This document shows, piece by piece, positions 24,998 through 35,025 of a stretch of DNA of 64,000 nucleotides. Source of the stretch: Vairimorpha necatrix (lineage: Eukaryota); NCBI GenBank assembly GCA_036630325.1, contig CP142726.1:1178001-1242000 (forward strand), read 5' to 3'. A model generated the notes under the pieces. That model was not told the origin of the DNA. It ran no database searches and saw only the letters and a program-made list of their open reading frames with translations. How positions within the stretch are numbered: position 1 is the first letter of the stretch; each line of letters opens with the position of its first letter. A program made the position numbers and the translations under genes.

Positions 24998-26173
24998 CTA
25001 AAATAATTTCTCAAAAGGCAAAAAAAGCTTAGACATTTTTTGAAAATCTGCTAATCCAAAACTAAGCGCATTTTCATCGCGTTCTTTAAAAACGCAAATA
25101 TCCAAAATATTTATAGCGTAATTTATCCCATGAGAAACCGCCAAACTTACTAAAAAATCCAAAGCTTCAGTCTCTAAATTTACTGCTAAAAAACTTATTC
25201 TAGAAATTAAAATATTTTTGAAATCTTCTTTTCCCATTTCATCAATTTTAATAACAAGTGCTGTGTTTATAAAATTTATAACTCGGTTGTCTACAGAATT
25301 ATCAATTAATAAAATCATAGGAGAAATATTCATTTCTGCCGATTTATTTATCAGAGACAATATCTCGTCACTAAGCACATGAACATTATCAATAATTAAT
25401 ATTCCTCTTTCCATTACTACTTTCCCTTCTAAAATCCATTTTTTAATTTTCTCATTTACTTCATTTCTTACTTCTTGGAAAATTTCTCCTGTCTCGCCAT
25501 TATAAAGATTTAAATACCCGTGTGTCCTGTTATTTAAACAATCAATGTCGTGTAAAGACAAATTCTGGACTTCTTCTATTGTTTTAAATAATTCTCCTTC
25601 TGGACACGAAACAGAATTTAGATCTCCAAGAAGATCTGGATCTATTTTTGATGAAGTTATACCTAACTTGATAATTTTTCCTCTTTCTTTTATAATTCTA
25701 ATTACGTCGCCTACGACTATTTTCTCCATTTCTATTTGTCTCTGCATTTTGTCACCTATTTCGAATATTGATTCCATGTCTAAAGTCTTTAATCCTATTT
25801 TTGATGAAGTAAGACTTGTCACTTCGCCTTCTATAACTTTTAAAACTTCTTTTATTCGTAATCTTATAGACCGACGCATTTCTTGTGTAATAAATTCTGA
25901 ATAATTAATTTTTAGACTGTTGACTTCACTAGCACTTATAGAATTTATTAAAAAATCATTTTGAAATATTTCTTGCGCTAAAATCGTCTTTCCTGTGCCC
26001 GGCGCGCCTTTTATTATGAAAATTTGGTTTGATTTATTGAACGTCAAAAGAGATTTAATTTGTATCAATGCTTTCTTACATGAATCTTGTGCGTTAATAT
26101 TAACAAGATTGTTAATATCTTGAATATGAGAATGTATTCCTATTCTCTTTTGTTTATTTTCAAATTCTACCAT
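24998..26173 (-). CDS. RVB2: RuvB-like AAA+ protein (Rvb2/TIP49b type), divergent
   Basis: RIGIHSHI, GAPGTGKT, RRSIRLRIKE, IEGEV, LKTLDMES, CPEGEL, SLHDID and EVRNEVNEKI. Confidence 0.85.
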   Translation of the reverse strand: MVEFENKQKRIGIHSHIQDINNLVNINAQDSCKKALIQIKSLLTFNKSNQIFIIKGAPGTGKTILAQEIFQNDFLINSISASEVNSLKINYSEFITQEMRRSIRLRIKEVLKVIEGEVTSLTSSKIGLKTLDMESIFEIGDKMQRQIEMEKIVVGDVIRIIKERGKIIKLGITSSKIDPDLLGDLNSVSCPEGELFKTIEEVQNLSLHDIDCLNNRTHGYLNLYNGETGEIFQEVRNEVNEKIKKWILEGKVVMERGILIIDNVHVLSDEILSLINKSAEMNISPMILLIDNSVDNRVINFINTALVIKIDEMGKEDFKNILISRISFLAVNLETEALDFLVSLAVSHGINYAINILDICVFKERDENALSFGLADFQKMSKLFLPFEKLF

Positions 26174-26607
26174 AAGGACTAAAAAAACATTAAAATTTAT
26201 ACAATTTTTTACCCTATGATAAAAATTATAAAAGAATTAAAGAAAAATATAGCAGAATGCGATATTTTATTGAGGAAGTTGGAAAAGGAATCGAAATGTA
26301 TTTCTATAAATATAAAGTTATCTAATGCATTGTATGACAATCAAACAAAAAAAAATGTAAAAAATAAATGATATTTCATAATATTGTTTTTTAAGTCTTT
26401 TTCTAAATAAAATGGCATTTATAAAAAAAAACAACATTCAAAAAAAATCTTTTTTTTTAAATTAATAAATATTTTTATACGATTGGACAATTAAAAAAAA
26501 TTAGTTAATTGGTCAAAAAAATAAACAAAACATGTAAATAAATCAATAAAAATGCATTACATGTCCCTCATCAATTTAACTTATTTTTTTTTATAAATTA
26601 ATAATTT

Positions 26608-27462
26608 TTAATCATGTGCTGAATTGTCAGGTATGGCATGGATAACTTGAACAAGTGCTTGATTCTTCCAACCTACTACTCCTGGCTCAGCTCCAATACA
26701 ATCGCCTACGAATTTACAAACATTCGAAAAAACTTCTTTAGCTGGGAAATTTCCATCTAAATATAAATTCGGGACTCCTGTGATAGCTTCAATAATAGAA
26801 GATTTAATGTTAATTCTTGTTAGATCTATTCCTTGCCACAATGCTCCTATTGTTCTTCCGCATCTTTCATTTTCATTAATTTTAATTGTTAAGAAATCTT
26901 TGTTATCTTGCGGACATGTCCAAACAAAAAGGTGAAGTCCCATGTTGTCCTGATAAAGATCTTTTAATTGATTATGACTTTCATCAAGACGATCACTTAT
27001 AGGATCTTTAATTTCGCACGAGGAATCAAAAGAGTCAGTTACAATAAAATTCTCAGTTTTATATCTCGTTATGTGTAATACTATTTGTACGCCAAATCTT
27101 ATTAAATCACTATTCATTTCATTTACTATAGTACCAAGATAACTTAATACTGCTTCTCTCTCTGGTAATATCATATTCAACTTTGACTTAGAAGCACTTT
27201 CAATAGATTCTACTGCATATTTCTGAAGATGCACATTTAAGGAAACAATGAAAGTTTGGTCGGATTTCGCGCATCTAAGCTCGTCGTCCATTGGCTCTGA
27301 ATCTTTTTTAGTTAAGGCGTAGTCAGGGAATAGTCCATATTCATCCTCAAAGATGTCGCTGCCCACACTGTTGTGTTGTATAAAGTCATCTCCGCGGGTG
27401 TCGTCGTAACGAGCTCGGATATATGAGTTCCATACAAGTTGAAAGATAATAATTTTTATCAT
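26608..27462 (-). CDS. Secreted Cys-containing protein, tentatively spore wall protein 7-like
   Basis: 284 aa with a signal-peptide-like N-terminus, an acidic linker and spaced Cys residues. The family assignment rests on recollection of size and character only. Confidence 0.5.
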   Translation of the reverse strand: MIKIIIFQLVWNSYIRARYDDTRGDDFIQHNSVGSDIFEDEYGLFPDYALTKKDSEPMDDELRCAKSDQTFIVSLNVHLQKYAVESIESASKSKLNMILPEREAVLSYLGTIVNEMNSDLIRFGVQIVLHITRYKTENFIVTDSFDSSCEIKDPISDRLDESHNQLKDLYQDNMGLHLFVWTCPQDNKDFLTIKINENERCGRTIGALWQGIDLTRINIKSSIIEAITGVPNLYLDGNFPAKEVFSNVCKFVGDCIGAEPGVVGWKNQALVQVIHAIPDNSAHD

Positions 27463-27599
27463 TTATTATTTAAAAACTTAGATTAAATTTTATATATTTG
27501 TGATGAAACAGAGTTTTATAAATGAAACAAGAATAAAACAAATGAAAAACAGAAATTATTTGCAATTTATATTGTTTATTGTAGTTTTTTTTTTATAAT

Positions 27600-28376
27600 T
27601 CACTTCTTATTTATTTTATTGACGGTGTTAATTATGTTAAACGTGGCCAGTGGATTATTTTTATCAATTTCTGATACAAATTTCTCAATAGAAAATCTTT
27701 TTTTATTTTTTAATTTGTCAATTTTTTCATTTTTAAATTTAATATTTTTTAAATGTGCCATATACAAAATTTCCTTGTTTTTGATACTTTTAAACAAATT
27801 AATAAATAAACACAAATTTCCTATTTTTAAATCAGACACATCTCTTTCGTCGATAGTCAGCCCAAGACTGACTTTGTTAATTATATCTACACAAACATTC
27901 TCTACAGATTTACAATATAAAACTACATCTATTTTGGAATGTTTTATAAAATTAAATAATGAAATTTGTAGATTTTTTGAGAGCGAAAATCTTTCAGAAA
28001 AAAATGAAGCAAATTCTTCATCGATTTCTAAAGCATTTTTATGTCCATTGTGCTTTTCTAAAATATTTTCATGTACATCGTAAATTTCAATCATGTTTGT
28101 TTTTTCTCTAATAATTTCAGCTTTCATTTTTGAAATATTAAAAAGATAAAAATCAAACATCTTTGAATTTTTTTGATTGGTCAACATTTCTAGGAAAATT
28201 ATATTTTCTAGTCTTCCATCAAAAAGTATCAGAATCTTACTTTTGTATGGAATATTTCTAAAATTTTTTTGTATTTTACTTTCTAATTGTTTGATAAAAC
28301 AATCTTTACAATAATTTAGTACATTGATTTTTATAGTGGGGAGTTCTTTACATAGCGTGCAAAATAATTTCTTCAT
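27600..28376 (-). CDS. CTU2: Cytoplasmic tRNA 2-thiolation protein 2 (Ncs2/Ctu2)-like
   Basis: N-terminal CxxC-x13-CxxCF zinc motif, a degenerate PP-loop strand (KILILFDG), KEILY and C-terminal NPLATFNIINT. Confidence 0.7.
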   Translation of the reverse strand: MKKLFCTLCKELPTIKINVLNYCKDCFIKQLESKIQKNFRNIPYKSKILILFDGRLENIIFLEMLTNQKNSKMFDFYLFNISKMKAEIIREKTNMIEIYDVHENILEKHNGHKNALEIDEEFASFFSERFSLSKNLQISLFNFIKHSKIDVVLYCKSVENVCVDIINKVSLGLTIDERDVSDLKIGNLCLFINLFKSIKNKEILYMAHLKNIKFKNEKIDKLKNKKRFSIEKFVSEIDKNNPLATFNIINTVNKINKK

Positions 28377-28471
28377 TTAAAGCGGTGGAAAAAAACAATT
28401 TTTTAGTTGTGCTCCGATTTTCACATTTATAAAAAAAAAATTGTATTAATATATGTAATATTTCATTTATT

Positions 28472-30181
28472 TTATATTTTTAATGTCTCAAATATTCCAT
28501 CTCTTTTGATATGTGAAGTGACTGTATTATTCTGCAATTTTATAACTTTATCAAACATGTGTAGAAGTTCATAATTCTGTAAAACCATTATAACAGTCTT
28601 CTCTACATTGAACTTCATCAAACTGTTTAATATTTCATATTCTGCCTTTTTATCTAAAGCGGCCGTAGGCTCATCTAAGATAATAATCTGAGCATTTTTC
28701 AATGCGCATCTTAGAAGTATAATTTTTTGTCTTTCTCCTCCACTTAACCTGTGCCCTTTGTCTCCGACTTGCGTCTCATATTGATTTTCTAATCTATTTA
28801 TAGAATCGTGAACATTAATTTTTTTACTAACTTCGTAAACTTCTTCTTTGTCATTAATTGACATGCCGTAAGTTAAATTATAATAGACAGTCTCATTAAA
28901 CAAAAAAGAAGTTTGTGGTGCGTAAGCGATAAGTGAGCGGAATGATGCATTTGATATATTTTTTACGTTATAATCATCTAAAAATATCTCCCCATTATAA
29001 TTTTCAAATCTCATTAGCATTTTTATTAGGGAAGTTTTACCTGATCCATTTTTCCCGATAATTGCGACTTTCTCGCCTTTGTTTATTGTGAAATTGATAT
29101 TTTGCAGTACAATTTTTGTATTGTAAGCAAATGCCCCATCTAAAATTTTTATTTCTTTTGTAAAATTATCTACAACTTGTAAATCTTTATCTTCTTCAAT
29201 AAATTCTGGTTTAAAAGATGTCTTTGCGTTTAAAATAGCTTGTGTGTATCTTGAATAGAAAAATCCAAGATTTCCGAAACTTGAGTACAATGTTCTATTA
29301 ATTGAAATGTAAAAGACCACGTCTTTAGCTGCCATTTTGACAGTAAAAAAACCAAAGTTACCTATTGTAATTATTATAAAACATTGTATAGCAAAAATAA
29401 ACTTATTTACAAGATATAAAACGCTTAAAGATCTCCATGTTCTATTACAATTTGTTTCTACCTCAGAGACATATGTTTCATATTTCAATGATTCATTTTC
29501 TTCTGTTTTGTATGATAAAATAGTCTCATGATTTATTAAAGAATCGTGTAAATGATTTGAACACAATTGTTGTGATGCGTTGTATTCTTTTCTTATTTGT
29601 GTTCGCCAATGGACTATTTTGATTGTTGTATAAATGTAAATTATCAAAGTTATTAATATAACGAACATGTTTACTATACCTAAATTTTGATATATTGAAA
29701 AACAGGCCAATATAATTGTAAACAATATATTAATAACATTGATGAATATAACTTCTACTAATTCACTTATCGCTTTACTTTCTCTGTCGATTATAGTTTG
29801 TATTTCCCCACATCCTATTTTGTTATATTGAGTTAAATCCATATTGATAAAATTTTTAAAAGAATTTTTACCAGTCATTCTAAAAACATGTTGCACGGGA
29901 GTGACAAATATAAAATTGTTTAGTTCCGTCATAGTAATCGATAATATAGTTAATATTGCGAAATAGAATAGACTACCTGATAAATCATTATTTTTAGATA
30001 TATCGTTTGTTAATTTACTAGTAGCTTCTACAGTCAGAACATTAAACCAACAGACTCCAAATGTTCCAATTACGATGTAAAGAACGAATGTGCGAACTAG
30101 TGGTTTCGAAAAAACGTATTCTACTAATAAATCATTTAGAATGTCTAAATCGTGTTTGTAAAATGGCCTTTTATGTGTCAT
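28472..30181 (-). CDS. ABCB half-transporter, Atm1-like
   Basis: TM domain with WRTQIRKE and DSLINHETI. NBD with GKNGSGKT, YAPQ, LSGGERQ and IILDEPT. Confidence 0.85.
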   Translation of the reverse strand: MTHKRPFYKHDLDILNDLLVEYVFSKPLVRTFVLYIVIGTFGVCWFNVLTVEATSKLTNDISKNNDLSGSLFYFAILTILSITMTELNNFIFVTPVQHVFRMTGKNSFKNFINMDLTQYNKIGCGEIQTIIDRESKAISELVEVIFINVINILFTIILACFSIYQNLGIVNMFVILITLIIYIYTTIKIVHWRTQIRKEYNASQQLCSNHLHDSLINHETILSYKTEENESLKYETYVSEVETNCNRTWRSLSVLYLVNKFIFAIQCFIIITIGNFGFFTVKMAAKDVVFYISINRTLYSSFGNLGFFYSRYTQAILNAKTSFKPEFIEEDKDLQVVDNFTKEIKILDGAFAYNTKIVLQNINFTINKGEKVAIIGKNGSGKTSLIKMLMRFENYNGEIFLDDYNVKNISNASFRSLIAYAPQTSFLFNETVYYNLTYGMSINDKEEVYEVSKKINVHDSINRLENQYETQVGDKGHRLSGGERQKIILLRCALKNAQIIILDEPTAALDKKAEYEILNSLMKFNVEKTVIMVLQNYELLHMFDKVIKLQNNTVTSHIKRDGIFETLKI

Positions 30182-30569
30182 TATGATTTGTAAGGGTCTA
30201 TATTTATATGTTTGTATTTGTTTTTACCTAAACAAACAAAAGATTATTTTAGAAATGTTTAGATTAAAACATTTAAAATAGATAAAAATTTTATATTGGG
30301 CAAATTTTTGAGGCTACTAATCTAAGTAAATTATTAGTTAAAAAATATTTTTGCTATCAATAAGAAGCCAAAAAATATTAAAAGCCCTATACATACATTT
30401 AAAATCAAAAAAAAAACGTCTTTAAAAAATGGTTAAATAGATATTTGACATTTCAGGAACTTGTTTATATAATATATTTAACAAAGTTGTTCTAATAATT
30501 TCAATATTTTGTTCTTGAAATACTAAATTCATTTTTTTTATTTGTAAAGATCTTTTTTTTTGATCCCCA

Positions 30570-31394
30570 ATGGTAAAGTTTAAAATTATTTATTTGCCAG
30601 ACATCACCAAGAAAAATTGTATTTTTACAAATATAAATTTAAAGAAGTTATCTTCTCCCATCACATTATCAAGGGAATCTCCTCTAGAAGAAGAAGTTGT
30701 TTTTAATTCTAGAAAAAGAAGTGAAGTCGTAGAATACGAGACAGAAGAATATAAAAAATTAAAAAATAAAGAATCATGTCCTCTTCTTATAGAAGACGCA
30801 GACTCTTTAATGTTTTCTGGTAAGTTACAGGAAGTTGGTTCTGGTTCCTCCAGCCACTTTACCTTCATAAGACAAGGAAATTTAATTTACATGACACCAA
30901 TAAAGAAATGGTACAGATTTACACAGAAATTTACACAGAAAAATGTAGAAGAAGAAGTCACGAAATTTGTTCCTGAAAATGAAAAACACGAAGAATCAAA
31001 TGATTCTGATAGAGAAGAAATCGATTATGAAGATAATTTCCAAGATGATGACGGGGAAGATTACAATTTTGAAGTGCAAAAACAAAAGAAGCTGACCAAA
31101 TCGGGGAAGAAACTTAGAGTCTTAGTAGACAATCTTGGTAATGAAGACAGATCCGAAGAAGATGAGGATGTAGAAGATATTGAAGAAATAAAGATGCCTA
31201 ATATTCTGACTAATGAGAAAATTAGAGAATGTTTTAAAACTCCGACTTTGTCAGTGAAGGAATTGATAAGGAAATTGAGGACTAATTTTAGTTTAGGAAA
31301 TGAAGAGAAATCAATACTCAAAAAATTTATTAATGAATTTTGTGTATATGAAACAGACAAAGTCACAGGAGAAAAACAACTTAAATTGAAGTAA
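30570..31394 (+). CDS. TFG1: Transcription initiation factor IIF alpha subunit (Tfg1/RAP74)-like
   Basis: PIKKWYRFTQK, acidic EEIDYEDNFQDDD, KKLTKSGKKL and a winged-helix-like C-terminus. CCCCA lies before the ATG. Confidence 0.8.
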   Translation: MVKFKIIYLPDITKKNCIFTNINLKKLSSPITLSRESPLEEEVVFNSRKRSEVVEYETEEYKKLKNKESCPLLIEDADSLMFSGKLQEVGSGSSSHFTFIRQGNLIYMTPIKKWYRFTQKFTQKNVEEEVTKFVPENEKHEESNDSDREEIDYEDNFQDDDGEDYNFEVQKQKKLTKSGKKLRVLVDNLGNEDRSEEDEDVEDIEEIKMPNILTNEKIRECFKTPTLSVKELIRKLRTNFSLGNEEKSILKKFINEFCVYETDKVTGEKQLKLK

Positions 31395-32448
31395 CTAGCT
31401 ATTATATAATAAAATAATCTTTGAGTTAGGTTTTTTAGACAATCTTGCTTGGGGGCCTGTATGAGAACAGTCTTATTGCATTTAGGTTTTTTTCCAATCA
31501 AATACAAACTATGAGGCTTGTTGAAGTTTGTTATGTCTTTATGTTTTTTTTTGATAGGGTGTGGGCAAGTGTTCTTTTTACTATTGAGAGACGGCACAAC
31601 AAATTTTTTATATTTTTTAAGGCATATGTTTTTGTAAGAACAATTTATTATAATTCGAAGTACACATTTCTCGCAATAAATTTAAAGTAATAATGCTGCC
31701 TTTTGGACTATTAATCTCTTCTGCAGAGATTTTCCTGTTTAAATTGTCTATGTCTGAACCCATCAAAAACTAGCCAATCATCCTTTGACAAATGGAAGTA
31801 TTTGATTGGCTACTAAAACTATATTAAAACATTCCAAAAGAGGGGATGAAAATAATAATAAACAACTTGACAGTCTATACTTAAACTCTATGAATCATCT
31901 TAAGAGGAGCATATACTTTAACTTACTTACCAATTATAATACAAAAGTTGTTTTTTAAACGCTCTATTTTTTAGAGTCGAAGCGGAAAAAAAAACGATTA
32001 AAAGAATAAAGTTATAATAAAATAGAATAACAACCCAAAACGAATTTATTAATTTTTTTTCCAACTTTTTATATATTTTTTTTTCTTCTTTCACTTAAAT
32101 GATCAATTTCTATATTATTGTTGTACTGATAATAAAGATAAGAAGCGATCAATCTATTTATATTCTGATACATTATAAGTAAATGACAATGTTTTTAGAA
32201 GATGAAAACAAGCACACTATTATAAAAATAAATGATCTTTTCTTTTAGAAGGAAAAAACTACAAATCTTATACAAATCATGTTTTGGCAATTTAAAAAAG
32301 CTTGCAATTGCAGAGATATTACATTTTTTCCTGTCTATTCTTCTATAAGAATTATTAAGCACTCAAAAGACCAAATTATATGTATACTAAAGAATTGTAA
32401 TAACTAAGCCTATAACTGTATTTTTCACAACAAAATATTGTTTAAAAC

Positions 32449-32734
32449 TGAGGTATTACCCGGGAGTTGGCCATTCCTCAGATAGCATTCTATGATGCTT
32501 CTCCCGGGTGTTAAAGTTTGGTTGTTATTTATATAGTATTTATTAATTTGGCCTCCTTGGGCATAGTTCTCCCTCTTCTGGGGATGCAGCGACTCTTGAC
32601 GCTGTCTTCGGTACTCCTCCGGTTTTCTCCACATTTTTTGGTGGGGTAAAATAAAAAGAAAATATTTATAGAAAAATAAATTCTAGAAAATTCATTTGGA
32701 GGGAAAATATAATAATGTGGTAAATAATACCACA
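32449..32734 (-). repeat. 3' LTR (286 bp) of the gag-only element
   Basis: Identical by eye to 34152-34379 plus 34895-34952. Confidence 0.95.
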
Positions 32735-32753
32735 TACTACCTCCTCCAAGGGG

Positions 32754-34337
32754 TCAGCAATTTAAAATACGCGTTCCTCCGTAATCGGCAAATAGTTCTT
32801 TCCACCGTTTCCTAGTAATTGTTGGGTTAGATATTTTAAACCTCAAATCAAGGTATGAGTTCAATTCATCATATTTTAGCTTCTCAGAAACATCGTTTAC
32901 TCCATATCTACTTATGCTAAATAGCATCTGTTGCATTCTATTTTGTCTGCAAAGGTTTCTAAAGGCGCCACATTTTAATTTATTTTTCTTCTCAAAGTCA
33001 TTATAGTTGGAATTTGGTAAAGGTTTTACCTGTTTCTGGTAATCTTTAATATAATCGGGCGGCTCGTTTCTTTCCTTGTTATTTATTCTAATATTTCTTG
33101 AATACATACCTTCTAACGGTAGTGTATTCCCTGTCTTTTTCACACAATCAGACATATTAGTTAGACACATAAATGGGACGGTGTTTATTTTTCTATTAAG
33201 ATTCATTTTAATATGCCGTTCTGCATTATTTACTTTCTTTATATGTTTCTGCTTTCGGTGAATGTCCAAATCTTCCGTTTGTTTTTTAATTATAAGGCAA
33301 TTAGGCTTGCTTTGTTTTTCATCTAATTCAACGTTAGGGATTTTAATGATTTTTGAGCATTTTCTTTCGTTTTTTATTTCTCTCTCGTTGCCTTTTGGCT
33401 TTTGTAAACGACAATCTCGTGTATCATGTGATCTTGCTCGATGTATAGAGCACCACTTATCACTTTTAAAGTATCTTCCTGATTCTTTGGTTCTTTCATA
33501 ATTTCCCTTCTTGGATTTAAATTGAGATATTCGGGTCCCTTCCAGGGTTCCCTGTAAAATAATCATTTCTTCCAGATCTTGTAAATATTTCAATACTTCG
33601 TCTATTCCCTTGTTTTTCATTCCTGATTTTAAAATGTCAATGGCAGTTGATCTGCCTAATCCTCTCTCAAAAGTCTGTTGCAATCTAACATCAGATTCTT
33701 TTTTTGATAGGTTCATAGATAGTCCGTATATTTCAATCATCGACTCTATTTTCTCATAGTAATCTTCTATACTTTCGTAATTTACCTGTTTTATAGTTTC
33801 CATCTCTGTTAATAGTAAAGCTACATCATTTTTTGAATATATAAGTTCTAGTAGTTCTTTTTTTAGTTTTTTAAAGCTTTTCTTTGTAAGCTTATCTTTC
33901 ACCTTAAAGTCTTCTATCAAAGAATAGTAGATGAGTCCCATCTGCTCATCGTTCCATTTATTAGCCGTTCCTAGCTCTTCAAACAGCTCGAGATGCTTAA
34001 GGTTGCAGTCTCGTTTTACATTTCTTATTTTTAGAATTTTTTCTTTAACTACTATTGTAGTTCCTTCTATAGTCTTATCAAATGTGGTATAAGCTTCACC
34101 ATCATTTTGTTTCTCAATACTATTACTTTTTCCTAATACTAATGAGCTCATTGAGGTATTACCCGGGAGTTGGCCATTCCTCAGATAGCATTCTATGATG
34201 CTTCTCCCGGGTGTTAAAGTTTGGTTGTTATTTATATAGTATTTATTAATTTGGCCTCCTTGGGCATAGTTCTCCCTCTTCTGGGGATGCAGCGACTCTT
34301 GACGCTGTCTTCGGTACTCCTCCGGTTTTCTCCACAT
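32754..34337 (-). CDS. Gag-like protein, 527 aa
   Basis: Capsid-like IKQVNYESIEDYYEKI and FERGL, and a CHHC knuckle WCSIHRARSHDTRDC. The ATG lies inside the 5' LTR after CCCCACCAAAAA. Confidence 0.8.
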   Translation of the reverse strand: MWRKPEEYRRQRQESLHPQKRENYAQGGQINKYYINNNQTLTPGRSIIECYLRNGQLPGNTSMSSLVLGKSNSIEKQNDGEAYTTFDKTIEGTTIVVKEKILKIRNVKRDCNLKHLELFEELGTANKWNDEQMGLIYYSLIEDFKVKDKLTKKSFKKLKKELLELIYSKNDVALLLTEMETIKQVNYESIEDYYEKIESMIEIYGLSMNLSKKESDVRLQQTFERGLGRSTAIDILKSGMKNKGIDEVLKYLQDLEEMIILQGTLEGTRISQFKSKKGNYERTKESGRYFKSDKWCSIHRARSHDTRDCRLQKPKGNEREIKNERKCSKIIKIPNVELDEKQSKPNCLIIKKQTEDLDIHRKQKHIKKVNNAERHIKMNLNRKINTVPFMCLTNMSDCVKKTGNTLPLEGMYSRNIRINNKERNEPPDYIKDYQKQVKPLPNSNYNDFEKKNKLKCGAFRNLCRQNRMQQMLFSISRYGVNDVSEKLKYDELNSYLDLRFKISNPTITRKRWKELFADYGGTRILNC

Positions 34338-34379
34338 TTTTTGGTGGGGTAAAATAAAAAGAAAATATTTATAGAAAAA

Positions 34380-34894
34380 CTAGCGTATGCTTTCCCGTTT
34401 TGAAAACGGGATTTATTTATTTTGTTTGTGGCATTTACTTCCTCCTTTGTTTTTTTGATCTTCCATTTTTGGTTTGAATAAGAAAAGAAATTGTACGTTT
34501 TGAAAAATACTTTTTAGTAGCATATAAAGAGTAAAGATGAGTTAAAAACATTTATGAGTCTCATTGAAATGATTCTGGGAATTTCTAAGCTCAAATTTTG
34601 ACACCTATATTCAACTTTTTCTTTGGTTAATGTTTTTGTGAATTTTTTCTAGAAGGGTTAAATAAATTCTAAAAAACAATTCTGACGATATTTTGTAACT
34701 GAGTTGTACAGAAATAATAATTAAAACGAAAAAGTATTAACATATAGTATACGCATCTTTAATTATCAAAATGAAACATTAAATCTAAAAACACTATTAT
34801 AGTAACATAATAAGTGCAGAACATATCGTTTAGAAATTTCAAAGTCATAAAAAAGAGGGGTAAAAAATTAAATAAAATTCTTTTATATATATGA
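34380..34894 (-). mobile_element. Non-autonomous Helitron (515 bp) inserted in the 5' LTR
   Basis: The minus strand starts TC and ends CTAG, with a subterminal hairpin CCCGTTTTCAAAACGGG. It sits between A and T with no TSD, as shown by comparison with the intact sister LTR. Confidence 0.92.
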
Positions 34895-35025
34895 TAAATT
34901 CTAGAAAATTCATTTGGAGGGAAAATATAATAATGTGGTAAATAATACCACAAAAACATTTTAACAAAAAGCTTTTGTAATGACAAAAGACAAAAAAAGA
35001 TTAATATATTGTTGAAAATATATGT

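Larger units (their letters stand above)
32449..34952 (-). mobile_element. Gag-only (non-autonomous) LTR retrotransposon
   Basis: 286-bp LTRs TGTGGTATT...AATACCTCA, 5-bp TSD AAAAC (32444-48, 34953-57), PPT GGAGGAGGTAG before the 3' LTR, a single ORF and no pol. Confidence 0.92.
31906..35025. mobile_element. Diverged partial copy of the 17111-17976 MITE family (inverted), split by the gag-only LTR element
   Basis: ggagcat..acttta..cttaccaat, tcgaagcggaaaaaa and aataaagtt(a/g)taataaaatag match the reverse complement of the MITE. After the LTR element, tgtaatgacaaaaga continues the match. Confidence 0.7.
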
